Numbered from the stretch's first letter, positions 1 to 9,655 are shown. The stretch: 64,000 nt of DNA from Candidatus Kaiserbacteria bacterium RIFCSPHIGHO2_01_FULL_46_22 (GCA_001779595.1 MFKO01000002.1:22279-86278), one strand, 5' to 3'. Program-made: numbers and translations. The notes: generated by a model not told the origin, from the sequence alone.

Positions 1-50
1 ATCTTACAACTCGTTCGGTAGAATTTGTTGAGGTACTTTAGTTCCCAAGT

Positions 51-99
51 AAATTCCAACTTCGTCCAGACGGCCAGTAACAGCTTTTTAGTCTTATTT
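51..99 (+). repeat. ~50-bp direct repeat copy A (tRNA-3'-end-like / att-like)
   Basis: aaattccaacttcgtccagacggccagtaacagctttttagtcttattt matches 1706-1755 with 5 substitutions and 1 gap. Confidence 0.85.
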
Positions 100-146
100 C
101 CAGCTTAGATTCAGTTCGAGTCTTAGGTTTGTTATACTCTCTGCAC

Positions 147-728
147 ATGACTAAATATATCCTTCATGGTGGGTACACTAGTCCGGACAACGAATTGAAC
201 CGTACTTTCTACGAAGAGATTGCTCGTGATGTTCCAGATGGAGGCACAATATTACTTTGTTACTTTGCTTCTAAAGATGAAGACAACTCCCGAAGGTTTC
301 AAGAGGATAGTCAAAAACTAAGGGAGCAATCTCATGGTAAGACTTTCAAGTTCATACTTGCAAGCGAGGAAGACTTTTCTGAACAACTGAAGCAATCAGA
401 CGCTCTTCATATACGCGGAGGTAGTACCCCTAAACTTCTTGGGATATTGAATAAATATCCTGATCTCAAGGAAAATCTGAAAAATAAAACAATATCAGGA
501 TCTTCCGCCGGAGCATATGCAATTGGCGCTTATAGCGCTTTTCATGACGATGAATCTGGTGGGAAAATACGCAAAGGAGTCGGGCTTCTCCCAATAAGAG
601 TGGTTTGTCATTACGAAAGTAAAGACTTGCCCCCAAACCCAGAAGCATTAACCTCTTTAATGGAAATGGAGCAAGCACTTGATCTGGTGCTACTCAAAGA
701 CTTTGAATGGAAGGTGTTTAGAGTTTAA
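147..728 (+). CDS. Peptidase E-like / type 1 glutamine amidotransferase-like (S51) protein
   Basis: IRGGST and GSSAGA nucleophile-elbow motifs, VVCHY; ATG147 follows TATACT. Confidence 0.7.
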   Translation: MTKYILHGGYTSPDNELNRTFYEEIARDVPDGGTILLCYFASKDEDNSRRFQEDSQKLREQSHGKTFKFILASEEDFSEQLKQSDALHIRGGSTPKLLGILNKYPDLKENLKNKTISGSSAGAYAIGAYSAFHDDESGGKIRKGVGLLPIRVVCHYESKDLPPNPEALTSLMEMEQALDLVLLKDFEWKVFRV

Positions 729-741
729 TAAAATTTTTACT

Positions 742-1665
742 ATGAATATGAAATGGCTTCTTATTGCGCTTGGCGCGATCATCGTACTCTTCGCGGGCTT
801 CTTTGCTTTTAACTCCTATATTTACAACGAGAAGCAGGCAGATACGGCAACCGATTATAAAAATGCTGAATATATTATCGACGGACAGCGCGTGAAGCTT
901 GAAGACGGCTTGGCCGAAATCGAAGCGGCACCTGGCTCCGCGTCAAAGATTGTTACTCGTTACTTCGGCAATGAGGTGATCCGAGACCTAAATGGTGACG
1001 GACGCGATGATGTTGTTTTCATTTTGACACAGCAGTCAGGTGGTAGCGGCACTTTCTTCTACGTTGTTGCGGCCCTTAATACTGAGGATGGATACATCGG
1101 ATCGGAAGCGTATCTTCTTGGCGATCGCATCGCTCCCCAGACCACGGAGCTAAGTCAGAACCCGAATCACCAGAATGTCATTGTCGTAAACTATGCAGAT
1201 CGTGCATCCGGCGAGGCTATGACAGTAGCACCTTCTGTGAGTAAGAGTGTATGGCTTAAACTTGATCCGGCCGCGATGCAGTTCGGCATAGTGGAACAGA
1301 ATTTCGAGGGCGAAGCTGAGCCTACTCGTATGTCGCTCGTTATGAAAGATTGGACTTGGATTTCAGCGCTCTACGAAGACGGTCGCAGTATTGAGCCGAA
1401 CCAACCTGATAGCTTCGTTCTTTCCTTTGACGAAGACGGCACTTTTTCTGCAACCACGGATTGTAACGGCGTGGGTGGAAAATATACTGTCAGTGGGAAT
1501 TCCATTTCATTCGGCGAGATGGTTACGACTTTGATGTTCTGTGAAGATTCAAAAGAGACTGAATTTCATCAGATTCTTGAAAACACAGCAGGGTACCACT
1601 TCACTTCGCGCGGCGAGCTGATTCTCGATCTTAAATTCGATAGCGGAACGGCGACGTTCAGATAA
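742..1665 (+). CDS. Membrane-anchored META-domain protein
   Basis: N-terminal TM helix; C-terminal TDCNGVGGKY...TTLMFC META signature. Confidence 0.75.
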   Translation: MNMKWLLIALGAIIVLFAGFFAFNSYIYNEKQADTATDYKNAEYIIDGQRVKLEDGLAEIEAAPGSASKIVTRYFGNEVIRDLNGDGRDDVVFILTQQSGGSGTFFYVVAALNTEDGYIGSEAYLLGDRIAPQTTELSQNPNHQNVIVVNYADRASGEAMTVAPSVSKSVWLKLDPAAMQFGIVEQNFEGEAEPTRMSLVMKDWTWISALYEDGRSIEPNQPDSFVLSFDEDGTFSATTDCNGVGGKYTVSGNSISFGEMVTTLMFCEDSKETEFHQILENTAGYHFTSRGELILDLKFDSGTATFR

Positions 1666-1705
1666 TGTGGATAAAGAAGGTGGTTTGAGCAAGATTTAGT
1701 AACAA

Positions 1706-1755
1706 AAATTCTAACCTCGTCCCAGGCGGCCAGTGACAGCTTTTTAGGCTTATTT
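1706..1755 (+). repeat. ~50-bp direct repeat copy B
   Basis: aaattctaacctcgtcccaggcggccagtgacagctttttaggcttattt; see copy A; shorter degenerate cores at ~2742-2757 and ~3410-3429. Confidence 0.85.
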
Positions 1756-1808
1756 TTCAACGCAAATTACAAAGGTTGCGGTAGGTATTCATGCTAAGAT
1801 TTACGAAT

Positions 1809-2726
1809 ATGTTATTAAAAATCACAGGCTCTATACTGCAAGGTTTTGGTCTACTCTACTTCCTCTTGTTCTCAGTTGGTGCTAGCGCGCTTAGCTTGTA
1901 CACATTATTTACAGGTCAATCTGGTGCTGTTACTACTGAACTCGGAGGTCTACTCACCGTACTTTCATTTTTTGGAGCAGTTCCTTTAGGGCTCCTTGTT
2001 GTTGGTTTTATCCTTGTAAAGAATGCAACGGGCAACTCCTACTTTCCCAATAAGGCGTTTGAAACTGTCGGCAAGCTTGCTTTTGTACCTATAAGTATTG
2101 CCCTCGGCAGCTCTTTTTTTATTATTACAGTTCCTTTTCTTATCTATACTTTTTATCGGTACAAAATGGGTGTAGAAACTAACACCGTACGTTTTATTAA
2201 GTGGGCGGTAAAAGACTGGTACATTACACTTTTTATCTATGCCGTTATCGTTGCCTGTACGGCGTTCTTCTTGTTTATTCAGGAGCCACCAACGCAAAGT
2301 AATAATGTGATTACAGAACGCGCTTACGATGTTTCCGAAACTGTGGTTGACTCAGAGCCAACAGATATGAAAAAGGAGTTTGCTAATGAGTACAGCATCA
2401 AAATCTCTAGCATTGATGATTCAAAACTTTATACTCTCGAATCTTCAATTCCAGTTACTTGGAACCTCTCAGGTGAATCTAAGTATCCTAATGTTGATGT
2501 ATGGGTGGGGTTTATGTTAGTTGATGCGGAAACTGGCGAAGAATTTTTTATAACAGATGCTTTATGGGACGAAAGTAGAAGTGTGAACGTTTCCCTGAAG
2601 GAAGCCGTAAGCGGTTCTAGCGTAATTGATACCGGTAAATATCAACTAAAAGCATACATATATGGCTCAGATCAACGCGAGTATCCTTCCGTGCTTAGTA
2701 ATCAATTCAATGTTGTTGTGAATTAA
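1809..2726 (+). CDS. Hypothetical membrane protein (about 4 TM plus C-terminal beta-rich extracellular domain)
   Basis: Long ORF with hydrophobic N-terminal half; TAAGAT 8 nt upstream of ATG1809. Confidence 0.7.
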   Translation: MLLKITGSILQGFGLLYFLLFSVGASALSLYTLFTGQSGAVTTELGGLLTVLSFFGAVPLGLLVVGFILVKNATGNSYFPNKAFETVGKLAFVPISIALGSSFFIITVPFLIYTFYRYKMGVETNTVRFIKWAVKDWYITLFIYAVIVACTAFFLFIQEPPTQSNNVITERAYDVSETVVDSEPTDMKKEFANEYSIKISSIDDSKLYTLESSIPVTWNLSGESKYPNVDVWVGFMLVDAETGEEFFITDALWDESRSVNVSLKEAVSGSSVIDTGKYQLKAYIYGSDQREYPSVLSNQFNVVVN

Positions 2727-2787
2727 TTCAGCCGCCACACTCTCGTTCCAGACAGACAAAAAAAGATCGCCATCATGATGATGGCGA

Positions 2788-3330
2788 TCAAATCCTGGAA
2801 TGCTCTAAGTAACTCAGAAATTTCTTATATTCTGGAGATGTACGCGACCACGGGAAGTAGTAAACGCCGTTTAGTAGGCAGTAGTCCGCCTTTCCTTGGC
2901 CGACATTTACCAGCACCGCGGTCCTGATAGTTGCGCCTTGAAGCGCTTCACGGCCAACCTCAAGTGTCAGACCTTTTGCTACAGCATCGTCTACGAGTAG
3001 TACCCGTTTGCCTTGGATGAACAGTCTGCTTGATTCACTTAGCCCCTTCTGCAAAACAGGTTTGGTAAACCTAAAAAGTATCCACCGAACTGCCAGTCTG
3101 AGAATAGACGGAAGTCTATTAATAAAGGGCATGTTGTAGATATCTCTGCAGACGTAGATGCTTAGGTGGGGGAGGCCTAATATTCTTGATATTTTTTCGC
3201 CTACGTATCGTCCACCGGTATCAATGCTTACGATGCATTCTGGCTCAAAGGTCTCGGTTGCGTAAGCAAGAGCCTTGCAGAGCGAATCGACTTTGAGAAA
3301 CGTAAGTTGTTTACTTCGAAACAACAACAT
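2788..3330 (-). CDS. Type I phosphoribosyltransferase
   Basis: VLLVDDAVAKGLT PRPP-binding motif; AAGGAG SD before ATG3330; TTGACA at 3396-3391; hairpin 2765-2789. Confidence 0.8.
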   Translation of the reverse strand: MLLFRSKQLTFLKVDSLCKALAYATETFEPECIVSIDTGGRYVGEKISRILGLPHLSIYVCRDIYNMPFINRLPSILRLAVRWILFRFTKPVLQKGLSESSRLFIQGKRVLLVDDAVAKGLTLEVGREALQGATIRTAVLVNVGQGKADYCLLNGVYYFPWSRTSPEYKKFLSYLEHSRI

Positions 3331-3459
3331 GGACCCGCTCCTTTCTAACGAGAACTGACTAAGACATAAAATGTCACTCTGCCTTAAGTCTGTCAAGCAA
3401 GGCGGGCGTAACCTCGTCTGGGGCGGTCATCCGTGTGAACCTTTTGCTATACTTTTTAA

Positions 3460-3852
3460 ATGGTCAAAGAAATAAAGTCATATAACACAGCTCAGTCTAA
3501 AGAGGACAAAAAGATTTGTAACCTTCTTGCTGAGGTTATTGATACAAATCTCAAGAATGCTGAAAACAAAATTTGGCATCGACATCCGGTGTGGTTTCTT
3601 GAAGGCAACCCTATTGTTGGGTACAGCAAACTTAAAGCGGGTGTTCGGCTGATGTTTTGGAGCGGCGCTGACTTTGACGAAGATGAATTGAAGGTTGGCA
3701 CAGGAAAGTTCAAGGACGCTTCCATCAACTATACCGACGTGAATCAAGTCAGTGAGTCAGATCTAAAACGATGGTTGAAGAAAGCGGTGAAGATCCAGTG
3801 GGACTATAAAAATATAATAAAGAGAAAAGGGAAACTGGAGAGATTAAAATAA
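3460..3852 (+). CDS. DUF1801-family protein
   Basis: ENKIWHRHPVWF...IVGYSKLK...LMFWSG pattern; TATACT-6nt-ATG. Confidence 0.7.
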   Translation: MVKEIKSYNTAQSKEDKKICNLLAEVIDTNLKNAENKIWHRHPVWFLEGNPIVGYSKLKAGVRLMFWSGADFDEDELKVGTGKFKDASINYTDVNQVSESDLKRWLKKAVKIQWDYKNIIKRKGKLERLK

Positions 3853-4019
3853 ATTTCTTCATGAAGATTTTTAAATAAGAGAAAACCGTAAGGTCAAGAC
3901 ACTTCATGTAAATTACATGATAAAATTATTGTCAAAGAGGCACGGATTAAGCAAGCAGTGCTCCGGCACTGTTTTTTAGTTGCTTCTGGATTAGAAATCG
4001 CAGTACAAAAAATAAAATC

Positions 4020-4901
4020 GTGATGAAAGAAGAACATACGCGGACCATCGACTTATCAACTATAATCGGTTTGCGTAATTGGAGCCTAGTGCTCCTATTG
4101 GCGGCAGCTTTGTTTGTGGGATTGCCTGGTGTTGCTGGGGCAACCACGGCTGCAAGTGTTGGCAGTGATTTTTACTACAACTTCAATTCATCTGGCACTT
4201 TGAATGAGTCAGGTAGCATGGATGAAAGCAATAGCCCTTACTTCTATCTAAATTCCGGCGGTCAATTCCTGATAGAAGGGGGTGTGGGCAAGACAATACA
4301 AGACGAATTGGCAGAGTCTACCCAGACTTACTTACTCTATGCTTTGTCTAACGCTCTTGATACTGACGGAGGTCATCAGCCGCAGAATCTATTCAGACTT
4401 TTGACCAGATCGAAGTGGGAAGACGCGTCTAATAAAGTGAGTTGGCGAATAACTGACTTGAACTTATCCTCGTCACCAAACCGCGATGGTCATAACGGCA
4501 TACTGTTGTTCAGTCGTTACCAAGATCAAGATAATCTTTACTATGCTGGTGTTCGAAGTGACGGCTCGGCAATCATTAAAAAGAAGATTGGCGGCACATA
4601 TTACACCTTGGCGAGTGTGCAGGTATTTGGCACTAAAGGAAAGTATGATCGTGATACCACGCCGTCGTTGCTACCTTTAGAGAGGTGGACTGGTATGAAG
4701 CTCGAAACTTACAACCTTAAAAACGGAGGGGTTAGGCTACGCTTGCTCTTGGATAGAGAAAATGATGGATCGTTTGTTTCGATACTGTCAGCAGATGACA
4801 CGGGGTTAAATGGAAATGCCTTTACCGAAGCAGGATATAGCGGAATAAGAACGGACTTTATGGACGTGGAATTCGATAACTATCGCTTGACTGGTATGTA
4901 G
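4020..4901 (+). CDS. Secreted beta-sandwich (concanavalin/LamG-like) hypothetical protein
   Basis: Signal peptide; ends GYSGIRTDFMDVEFDNY, typical of ConA-like folds. Confidence 0.55.
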   Translation: MMKEEHTRTIDLSTIIGLRNWSLVLLLAAALFVGLPGVAGATTAASVGSDFYYNFNSSGTLNESGSMDESNSPYFYLNSGGQFLIEGGVGKTIQDELAESTQTYLLYALSNALDTDGGHQPQNLFRLLTRSKWEDASNKVSWRITDLNLSSSPNRDGHNGILLFSRYQDQDNLYYAGVRSDGSAIIKKKIGGTYYTLASVQVFGTKGKYDRDTTPSLLPLERWTGMKLETYNLKNGGVRLRLLLDRENDGSFVSILSADDTGLNGNAFTEAGYSGIRTDFMDVEFDNYRLTGM

Positions 4902-4910
4902 CAGAAGATA

Positions 4911-4946
4911 AAAAACGCCCGGCCGCAAAGCGGCCGGGCGTTTTTT
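4911..4946. terminator. Bidirectional intrinsic terminator
   Basis: aaaaacgcccggccgc-aaa-gcggccgggcgtttttt. Confidence 0.85.
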
Positions 4947-5004
4947 GCAGTCATTCTAGGCCTATAAATATAGCCTAAGCGGATTATGTTAAAATTAGCT
5001 CACT

Positions 5005-5928
5005 ATGAAATATCTAGTTATTGCAGTTGTAGTGATCTTAGTTCTCGGTGTGGGAGGGTTCTTTGTCTACAAGAACATCGCCAATCGTGCAGACATGGAG
5101 AATGATCGAGCATTTGAGGAAGCGAAGCCTGATACAGCAGCAGAACAGGAAAAAACAGTGGACGATACCAAAACGGTTATCGGTAAGTCAGCAGACGGAC
5201 ACGAGATAACTGCGTATCACTATGGTAAGGGAGACACGAATCTTCTATTTATCGGTGGTATTCACGGCGGTTACTCATGGAATACCGCTCTCGTTGCATA
5301 CGAACTGATGGAATATCTTGAAAAGACTCCTGATGCTATTCCAGAGAATATGCGCGTGACAGTTATTCCAGTTATGAACCCTGATGGACTTAATACCGTC
5401 GTTGGAACCACAAGCCGCTTCTCTATGGCGGATGTTCCAGAAGAATCGGCAGACACTATACCGGGACGTTTTAACTCGAATGAAGTAGATCTCAACCGAA
5501 ACTTTGATTGTGATTGGCAGGCGGAGAGTAAATGGCAGAACCGCACAGTGAGCGGTGGCAGTGAAGCTTTCTCTGAGCCGGAGAGCAAGGCAGTGCGTGA
5601 CTTTATCGCAACAAGCAGTCCGGATGCTGTAGTGGTTTGGTACAGTTCTGCCGGCGGTGTATTTGCATCAAATTGTCACGATGGTGTATTGGCCGAGACG
5701 ACTGAGTTGACGAGCTTGTATGCGGAAGCTTCTGGATACCGCGCGTTTAAAGAATTTAATTTCTACGAGATCACTGGCGATATGGTGAACTGGATGGCAA
5801 AGCAGGGAATCCCAGCCATCAGCGTGCTCCTCACTACTCACCGCGATGTCGAATGGAACAAGAACCGAGCTGGTATTGAAGCGCTATTCAAACACTATTC
5901 CGATGAATCTGCCGACCTTCCTGAATAA
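5005..5928 (+). CDS. M14 zinc carboxypeptidase-family protein, probably catalytically inactive
   Basis: GGIHGG, PVMNPDG, VDLNRNFD, FSEPES motifs; Zn/catalytic residues substituted (HGGYS, WYSS, SVLL). Confidence 0.8.
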   Translation: MKYLVIAVVVILVLGVGGFFVYKNIANRADMENDRAFEEAKPDTAAEQEKTVDDTKTVIGKSADGHEITAYHYGKGDTNLLFIGGIHGGYSWNTALVAYELMEYLEKTPDAIPENMRVTVIPVMNPDGLNTVVGTTSRFSMADVPEESADTIPGRFNSNEVDLNRNFDCDWQAESKWQNRTVSGGSEAFSEPESKAVRDFIATSSPDAVVVWYSSAGGVFASNCHDGVLAETTELTSLYAEASGYRAFKEFNFYEITGDMVNWMAKQGIPAISVLLTTHRDVEWNKNRAGIEALFKHYSDESADLPE

Positions 5929-6793
5929 AAAAGTTGTCACAGCAGGATTAATACTGCTAGTGATTTGTGTTGGTGTTTTCGTATTCTTCTTTAAGCAGAC
6001 GGAGGAATATATTCCTCAAGTTGTGAATGAACCAGAGGAAGCAATTACAGTTCGACACGAGGTTATAGGCACATCCGTTGAGGGTCGTACTATCGACGCT
6101 TACACTTATGGCGATGGTGAAACACATCTTCTGTTTGTGGGTGGAATCCACGGTGGGTACGAATGGAACAGTGTCGTGCTGGCATACGAAATGATGGATC
6201 ATTTTGAAGAAAATCCAGAGCTTATTCCGCAAAATGTGTCGGTCACTATTGTGCCCTCTGCCAATCCAGACGGTCTCTTTGCTCGGGTTGGTATAGAAGG
6301 CCGCATTACTTCACTCGACGTGCCAGCTGAAACAATAAGTGGCGAGGGACGGTTCAACGCCAATGATGTTGATCTTAATCGCAACTTCGACTGCAAGTGG
6401 CAGCCTGAAAGTATGTGGCGTGGAAAAGTTGTGAGTGCTGGAACAGCTGCATTCTCAGAACCGGAGGCGCAGGCTATACGTGATATCGTTTCTGCAACCA
6501 ACCCTGTGGTTGTGGTGTTCTGGCACAGTCAGGCAAATGCTGTTTACGCATCGGAATGTGAAGAGGGAATTTTGTCTGGCACGCGAGCGGCGATGAATGT
6601 GTATGCAACTGCCGCGGAATATCCGGCAGTGGATGTGTTTGACAGCTATCCGGTCACTGGCGATGCAGAAGGCTGGCTGGCGTCGATCGGCATACCGGCG
6701 ATTACAGTAGAATTGGCGACTCATGAAAGTACTGAATGGAGCCGGAATTTGGCCGGCGTGATTGCGCTAATAGCGTCTTATAAAGGAAACTAA
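5903..6793 (+). CDS. M14 zinc carboxypeptidase (MpaA-like), membrane anchored
   Basis: GGIHGGYE, NPDG, DLNRNFD, FWHS, TVEL motifs intact; tandem paralog of the previous gene. Confidence 0.85.
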   Translation: MNLPTFLNKKVVTAGLILLVICVGVFVFFFKQTEEYIPQVVNEPEEAITVRHEVIGTSVEGRTIDAYTYGDGETHLLFVGGIHGGYEWNSVVLAYEMMDHFEENPELIPQNVSVTIVPSANPDGLFARVGIEGRITSLDVPAETISGEGRFNANDVDLNRNFDCKWQPESMWRGKVVSAGTAAFSEPEAQAIRDIVSATNPVVVVFWHSQANAVYASECEEGILSGTRAAMNVYATAAEYPAVDVFDSYPVTGDAEGWLASIGIPAITVELATHESTEWSRNLAGVIALIASYKGN

Positions 6794-6826
6794 CGTTATC
6801 CGTTGGTGGTATATACTTGATTTGTA

Positions 6827-7249
6827 ATGCAAGAATTCTTTAGAAAAATATACGATTTTTTTGAAACTCTCCCTGATCGTCTTTATCCTTTTGCGAGTGA
6901 GATAGAAGGACGTTGGGTTAGAGGAAGGAGGTCTTACCTGCACGCGCTCAATCATGCTGTTCTAACTTATGGCCCGCATCGGTTTGGTTACAAGCTGACC
7001 GTCTATCGCGCTACTTTTCATTTTCTTGGAGCTGTATTATTTATCATATTTGCGGCGTTGATATCTCAAAAACTCCTTGGCAGTGAGGCGGCGCTTTATG
7101 TCCTGTTGGGTGCAGCAATAGTTGCGTTATTTCTTCAAGAATTTCATTTTCATCCAAAGCGGTACGGACAATCCAGACAAAAAGGCGTCATCGACTGGCT
7201 TACGTGGGTAATTCCAATGGTGGTCTATATTTCTATCCATACGTTATAG
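6827..7249 (+). CDS. Hypothetical membrane protein
   Basis: ORF with 3 hydrophobic segments; TATACT upstream. Confidence 0.65.
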   Translation: MQEFFRKIYDFFETLPDRLYPFASEIEGRWVRGRRSYLHALNHAVLTYGPHRFGYKLTVYRATFHFLGAVLFIIFAALISQKLLGSEAALYVLLGAAIVALFLQEFHFHPKRYGQSRQKGVIDWLTWVIPMVVYISIHTL

Positions 7250-7353
7250 AGTCCGAGCAGGTGATTCATACGGTACTGTGAGAAACATCAATAACATTCA
7301 AATAAAAAAGCCGGGCGCGTGAGCGTCCGGCGTATTGTTTTTTTGTCGATTCG

Positions 7354-7470
7354 TCACATCCGGCTCACATAGTGTCGCAATGCCGGAGTATATTCGGTCG
7401 ACATTTCCGCAAACACGACCGCGCTTATTACGAGACTGGCGCCTAGTGCGACCAAGATCAAGTTTCTCAT
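7354..7470 (-). CDS. 38-aa small signal-peptide/TM protein (MRNLILVALGASLVISAVVFAEM...)
   Basis: GGAGG SD before ATG7470; TTGACA(7521-7516)-17-TGTACT; hairpin 7310-7331 with T-tract on the minus strand. Confidence 0.6.
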   Translation of the reverse strand: MRNLILVALGASLVISAVVFAEMSTEYTPALRHYVSRM

Positions 7471-7593
7471 TGGATTCCTCCTGACTTTACTCAGTACACA
7501 CCCGTTCATTGGTTGTGTCAAACACGGTAGTAATAAAAAACCATCGATCACTTCAGACTTAACCTCCATCACCGTATGTTAAAATCGTGGCTA

Positions 7594-8550
7594 ATGAAGA
7601 ATCTACTTCTCGGCATCATTGGATCCTGCGCGGTTGTTTGTATTACATGGTATCCAGCTACCGCTTCGGCCGTGATTTCGGTGCAAAATGAATCTTCACG
7701 CGCTGTCAGTGTTGCTGATGAGAAAAAAATACAAGATGCAACTGTAAATCTTTATTGTCGGACAAAGGTCGGCAACAAAGAAGTCAGCTCAACCGGTAGT
7801 GGCGTACTGATAGATTCTCGGGGCATCATTCTTACAAACGCTCACGTGGCCCAATATTTTCTCTTAAACGGTAAGGATTCGAAACTGACAGCTAATTGCA
7901 GTGTACGCACCGGTTCTCCGGCAAAAACGAGCTATAAAGCAGAAGTACTCTATATGCCAAAGAGTTGGCTGACGGAAAATGCTAGTAAATCAACAAAAGA
8001 ATTTTCTAAGAGCACTGGAGAAAATGATTTTGCCATACTTTACATTTCTGATGCAGAAAAAGGTGAGCTTCCAGAACAGTTTCCAACACTCGCACTTGGT
8101 ATCCTTGTACAGCTGAAGAAAGATGACGCCGCCACTGTGGCGGGGTATCCAGCCGGTAGTCTAAAATTCAATGATGTACGTAATAAATTAAAATTTCTTT
8201 CGGCCAGTACTACGATCACTACGACACAATCTTTTCAGTCCGGCACGGTTGATTTGATCAGTCTTTCTCCTTCCAAAGTAGCAAGTGCTGGAGTTTCAGG
8301 TGGTCCAGTGGTGTCGTCGAGTACTGTGATTGGTCTTGCGACCACTATGGGTACATCAAAAAAGAAAGAAGGAGCGAGCCTGCGTGCCATTACAGTTCCT
8401 TATATTGATAGGGTAGTGCGTGCGGAAACAGGTTTGTCGCTAATGTCTATATACAGCACAGATTTATCCAACCGGGCAGCGACTACACGAGCTGGCCTAT
8501 CAGCCAAAATGTTTACAGCTATCGAAAAACGTCTTCGGGCCACTAGGTAG
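7594..8550 (+). CDS. Secreted trypsin-like serine protease
   Basis: GSG...LTNAHV (His), NDFAIL (Asp), GVSGGP (Ser) triad; signal peptide. Confidence 0.85.
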   Translation: MKNLLLGIIGSCAVVCITWYPATASAVISVQNESSRAVSVADEKKIQDATVNLYCRTKVGNKEVSSTGSGVLIDSRGIILTNAHVAQYFLLNGKDSKLTANCSVRTGSPAKTSYKAEVLYMPKSWLTENASKSTKEFSKSTGENDFAILYISDAEKGELPEQFPTLALGILVQLKKDDAATVAGYPAGSLKFNDVRNKLKFLSASTTITTTQSFQSGTVDLISLSPSKVASAGVSGGPVVSSSTVIGLATTMGTSKKKEGASLRAITVPYIDRVVRAETGLSLMSIYSTDLSNRAATTRAGLSAKMFTAIEKRLRATR

Positions 8551-8617
8551 TTTTTTTTAAATAGTGCCTGGTTGACGTTGACGTAGTGCAGTAACCGGAC
8601 TTTAATGGATTGAAGTT

Positions 8618-9166
8618 ATGACTTGGATTGAAAGACACTATAGGCTACTTGGGGTTATTGCAGTACTCGTTACCTTAAACGTTTTTTTATTTTTTCTAGG
8701 ACCGCAACAAGTAGTGGATAGTATCGGTGTTAGTAATACTTATCTTATAGTTTTTATTATCGCCACTGTGGGCGGGATGTCCTCCTTCACCGGCGCTACT
8801 TACGCAAGTGCAGTAATTACCTTTACTGCAGGTGGCGCCAATCCTTGGCTGATTGGTCTGTGTGGAGGGGTGGGCGTGTTCATTAGTGACAGTCTGTTCT
8901 ATCTGTTAGCTGAATATGGCCGTCGCGTGGTGCCTCACGACTGGAAGCCAACGCTAGAGAGGGTAGCGAGAAAGATGCGGGTGCTCCCCACCAAGACGGT
9001 GCTTCTTTTAAGCTACGTATATCACTCGTTGCCACTTCCAAGTGATCTGATGATGTTAGCGCTTGTGCTGGGTAAATATAGCTATCGCACAGTAGCGCCG
9101 GTAATTTTCTTGGCCGCGCTAACTTATTCAATTTTGATAGCCCACTTCGGCAGCCTGTGGTCCTGA
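8618..9166 (+). CDS. DedA/VTT-like membrane protein
   Basis: Multi-TM; GVGVFISDSLFYLLA and PLPSDLM resemble VTT-domain motifs. Confidence 0.55.
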   Translation: MTWIERHYRLLGVIAVLVTLNVFLFFLGPQQVVDSIGVSNTYLIVFIIATVGGMSSFTGATYASAVITFTAGGANPWLIGLCGGVGVFISDSLFYLLAEYGRRVVPHDWKPTLERVARKMRVLPTKTVLLLSYVYHSLPLPSDLMMLALVLGKYSYRTVAPVIFLAALTYSILIAHFGSLWS

Positions 9167-9253
9167 TTGATCAGTGTCTTGACAAGATTGCAATAACGGG
9201 TTAATTTATTGTCACTTTGGCGACAGGCGCCAAAGAAGATGAGGAGTTCTTCA

Positions 9254-9655
9254 ATGACCAAGACCACGCTGCCCCTGTATGCACTTTTGATCTCGACAGT
9301 ATCGTCCGTCGATGGTTCGCCCAAGTCGCTCGAGGACGCGAAGTTCGCGGCGAAACTCGCCGCCAACGGCGAAATCCCGGCCGACAAGCTGCCCGAAGTT
9401 GCGAGTGCCATCGACCAGCAGCTCGGCATGATCGCCGGCGGTGACGGCATCCATGTATGCGAAGCTCACCAGATGCTGATGCAGGCACGCGCGAGCATCA
9501 GCGGCCAGGTCGATTTCTACAAGCAGCAGCTCGATATGTTCGACGATGACAACCAGCTTTCGCTCGGTATCGACAACAAGCTCGGCGCGGCCGCCAGCAT
9601 CATGCCGACCGCCGGCATGATCCGCGATGGCGCGGTGCATCATCCCGCCGAATGA
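9254..9655 (+). CDS. Orphan hypothetical protein (GC-rich, SD-led)
   Basis: TTGACA(9179)-17-TAATTT, GAGGAG SD, G/C-ending codons, terminator 9689-9728. Confidence 0.65.
   Translation: MTKTTLPLYALLISTVSSVDGSPKSLEDAKFAAKLAANGEIPADKLPEVASAIDQQLGMIAGGDGIHVCEAHQMLMQARASISGQVDFYKQQLDMFDDDNQLSLGIDNKLGAAASIMPTAGMIRDGAVHHPAE

Noticed and set aside
51-3430. CRISPR array or classical integron attC array
   Set aside because: Repeats are 0.7-1.7 kb apart, degenerate and non-palindromic; no cas or intI genes and no attC core pattern seen.
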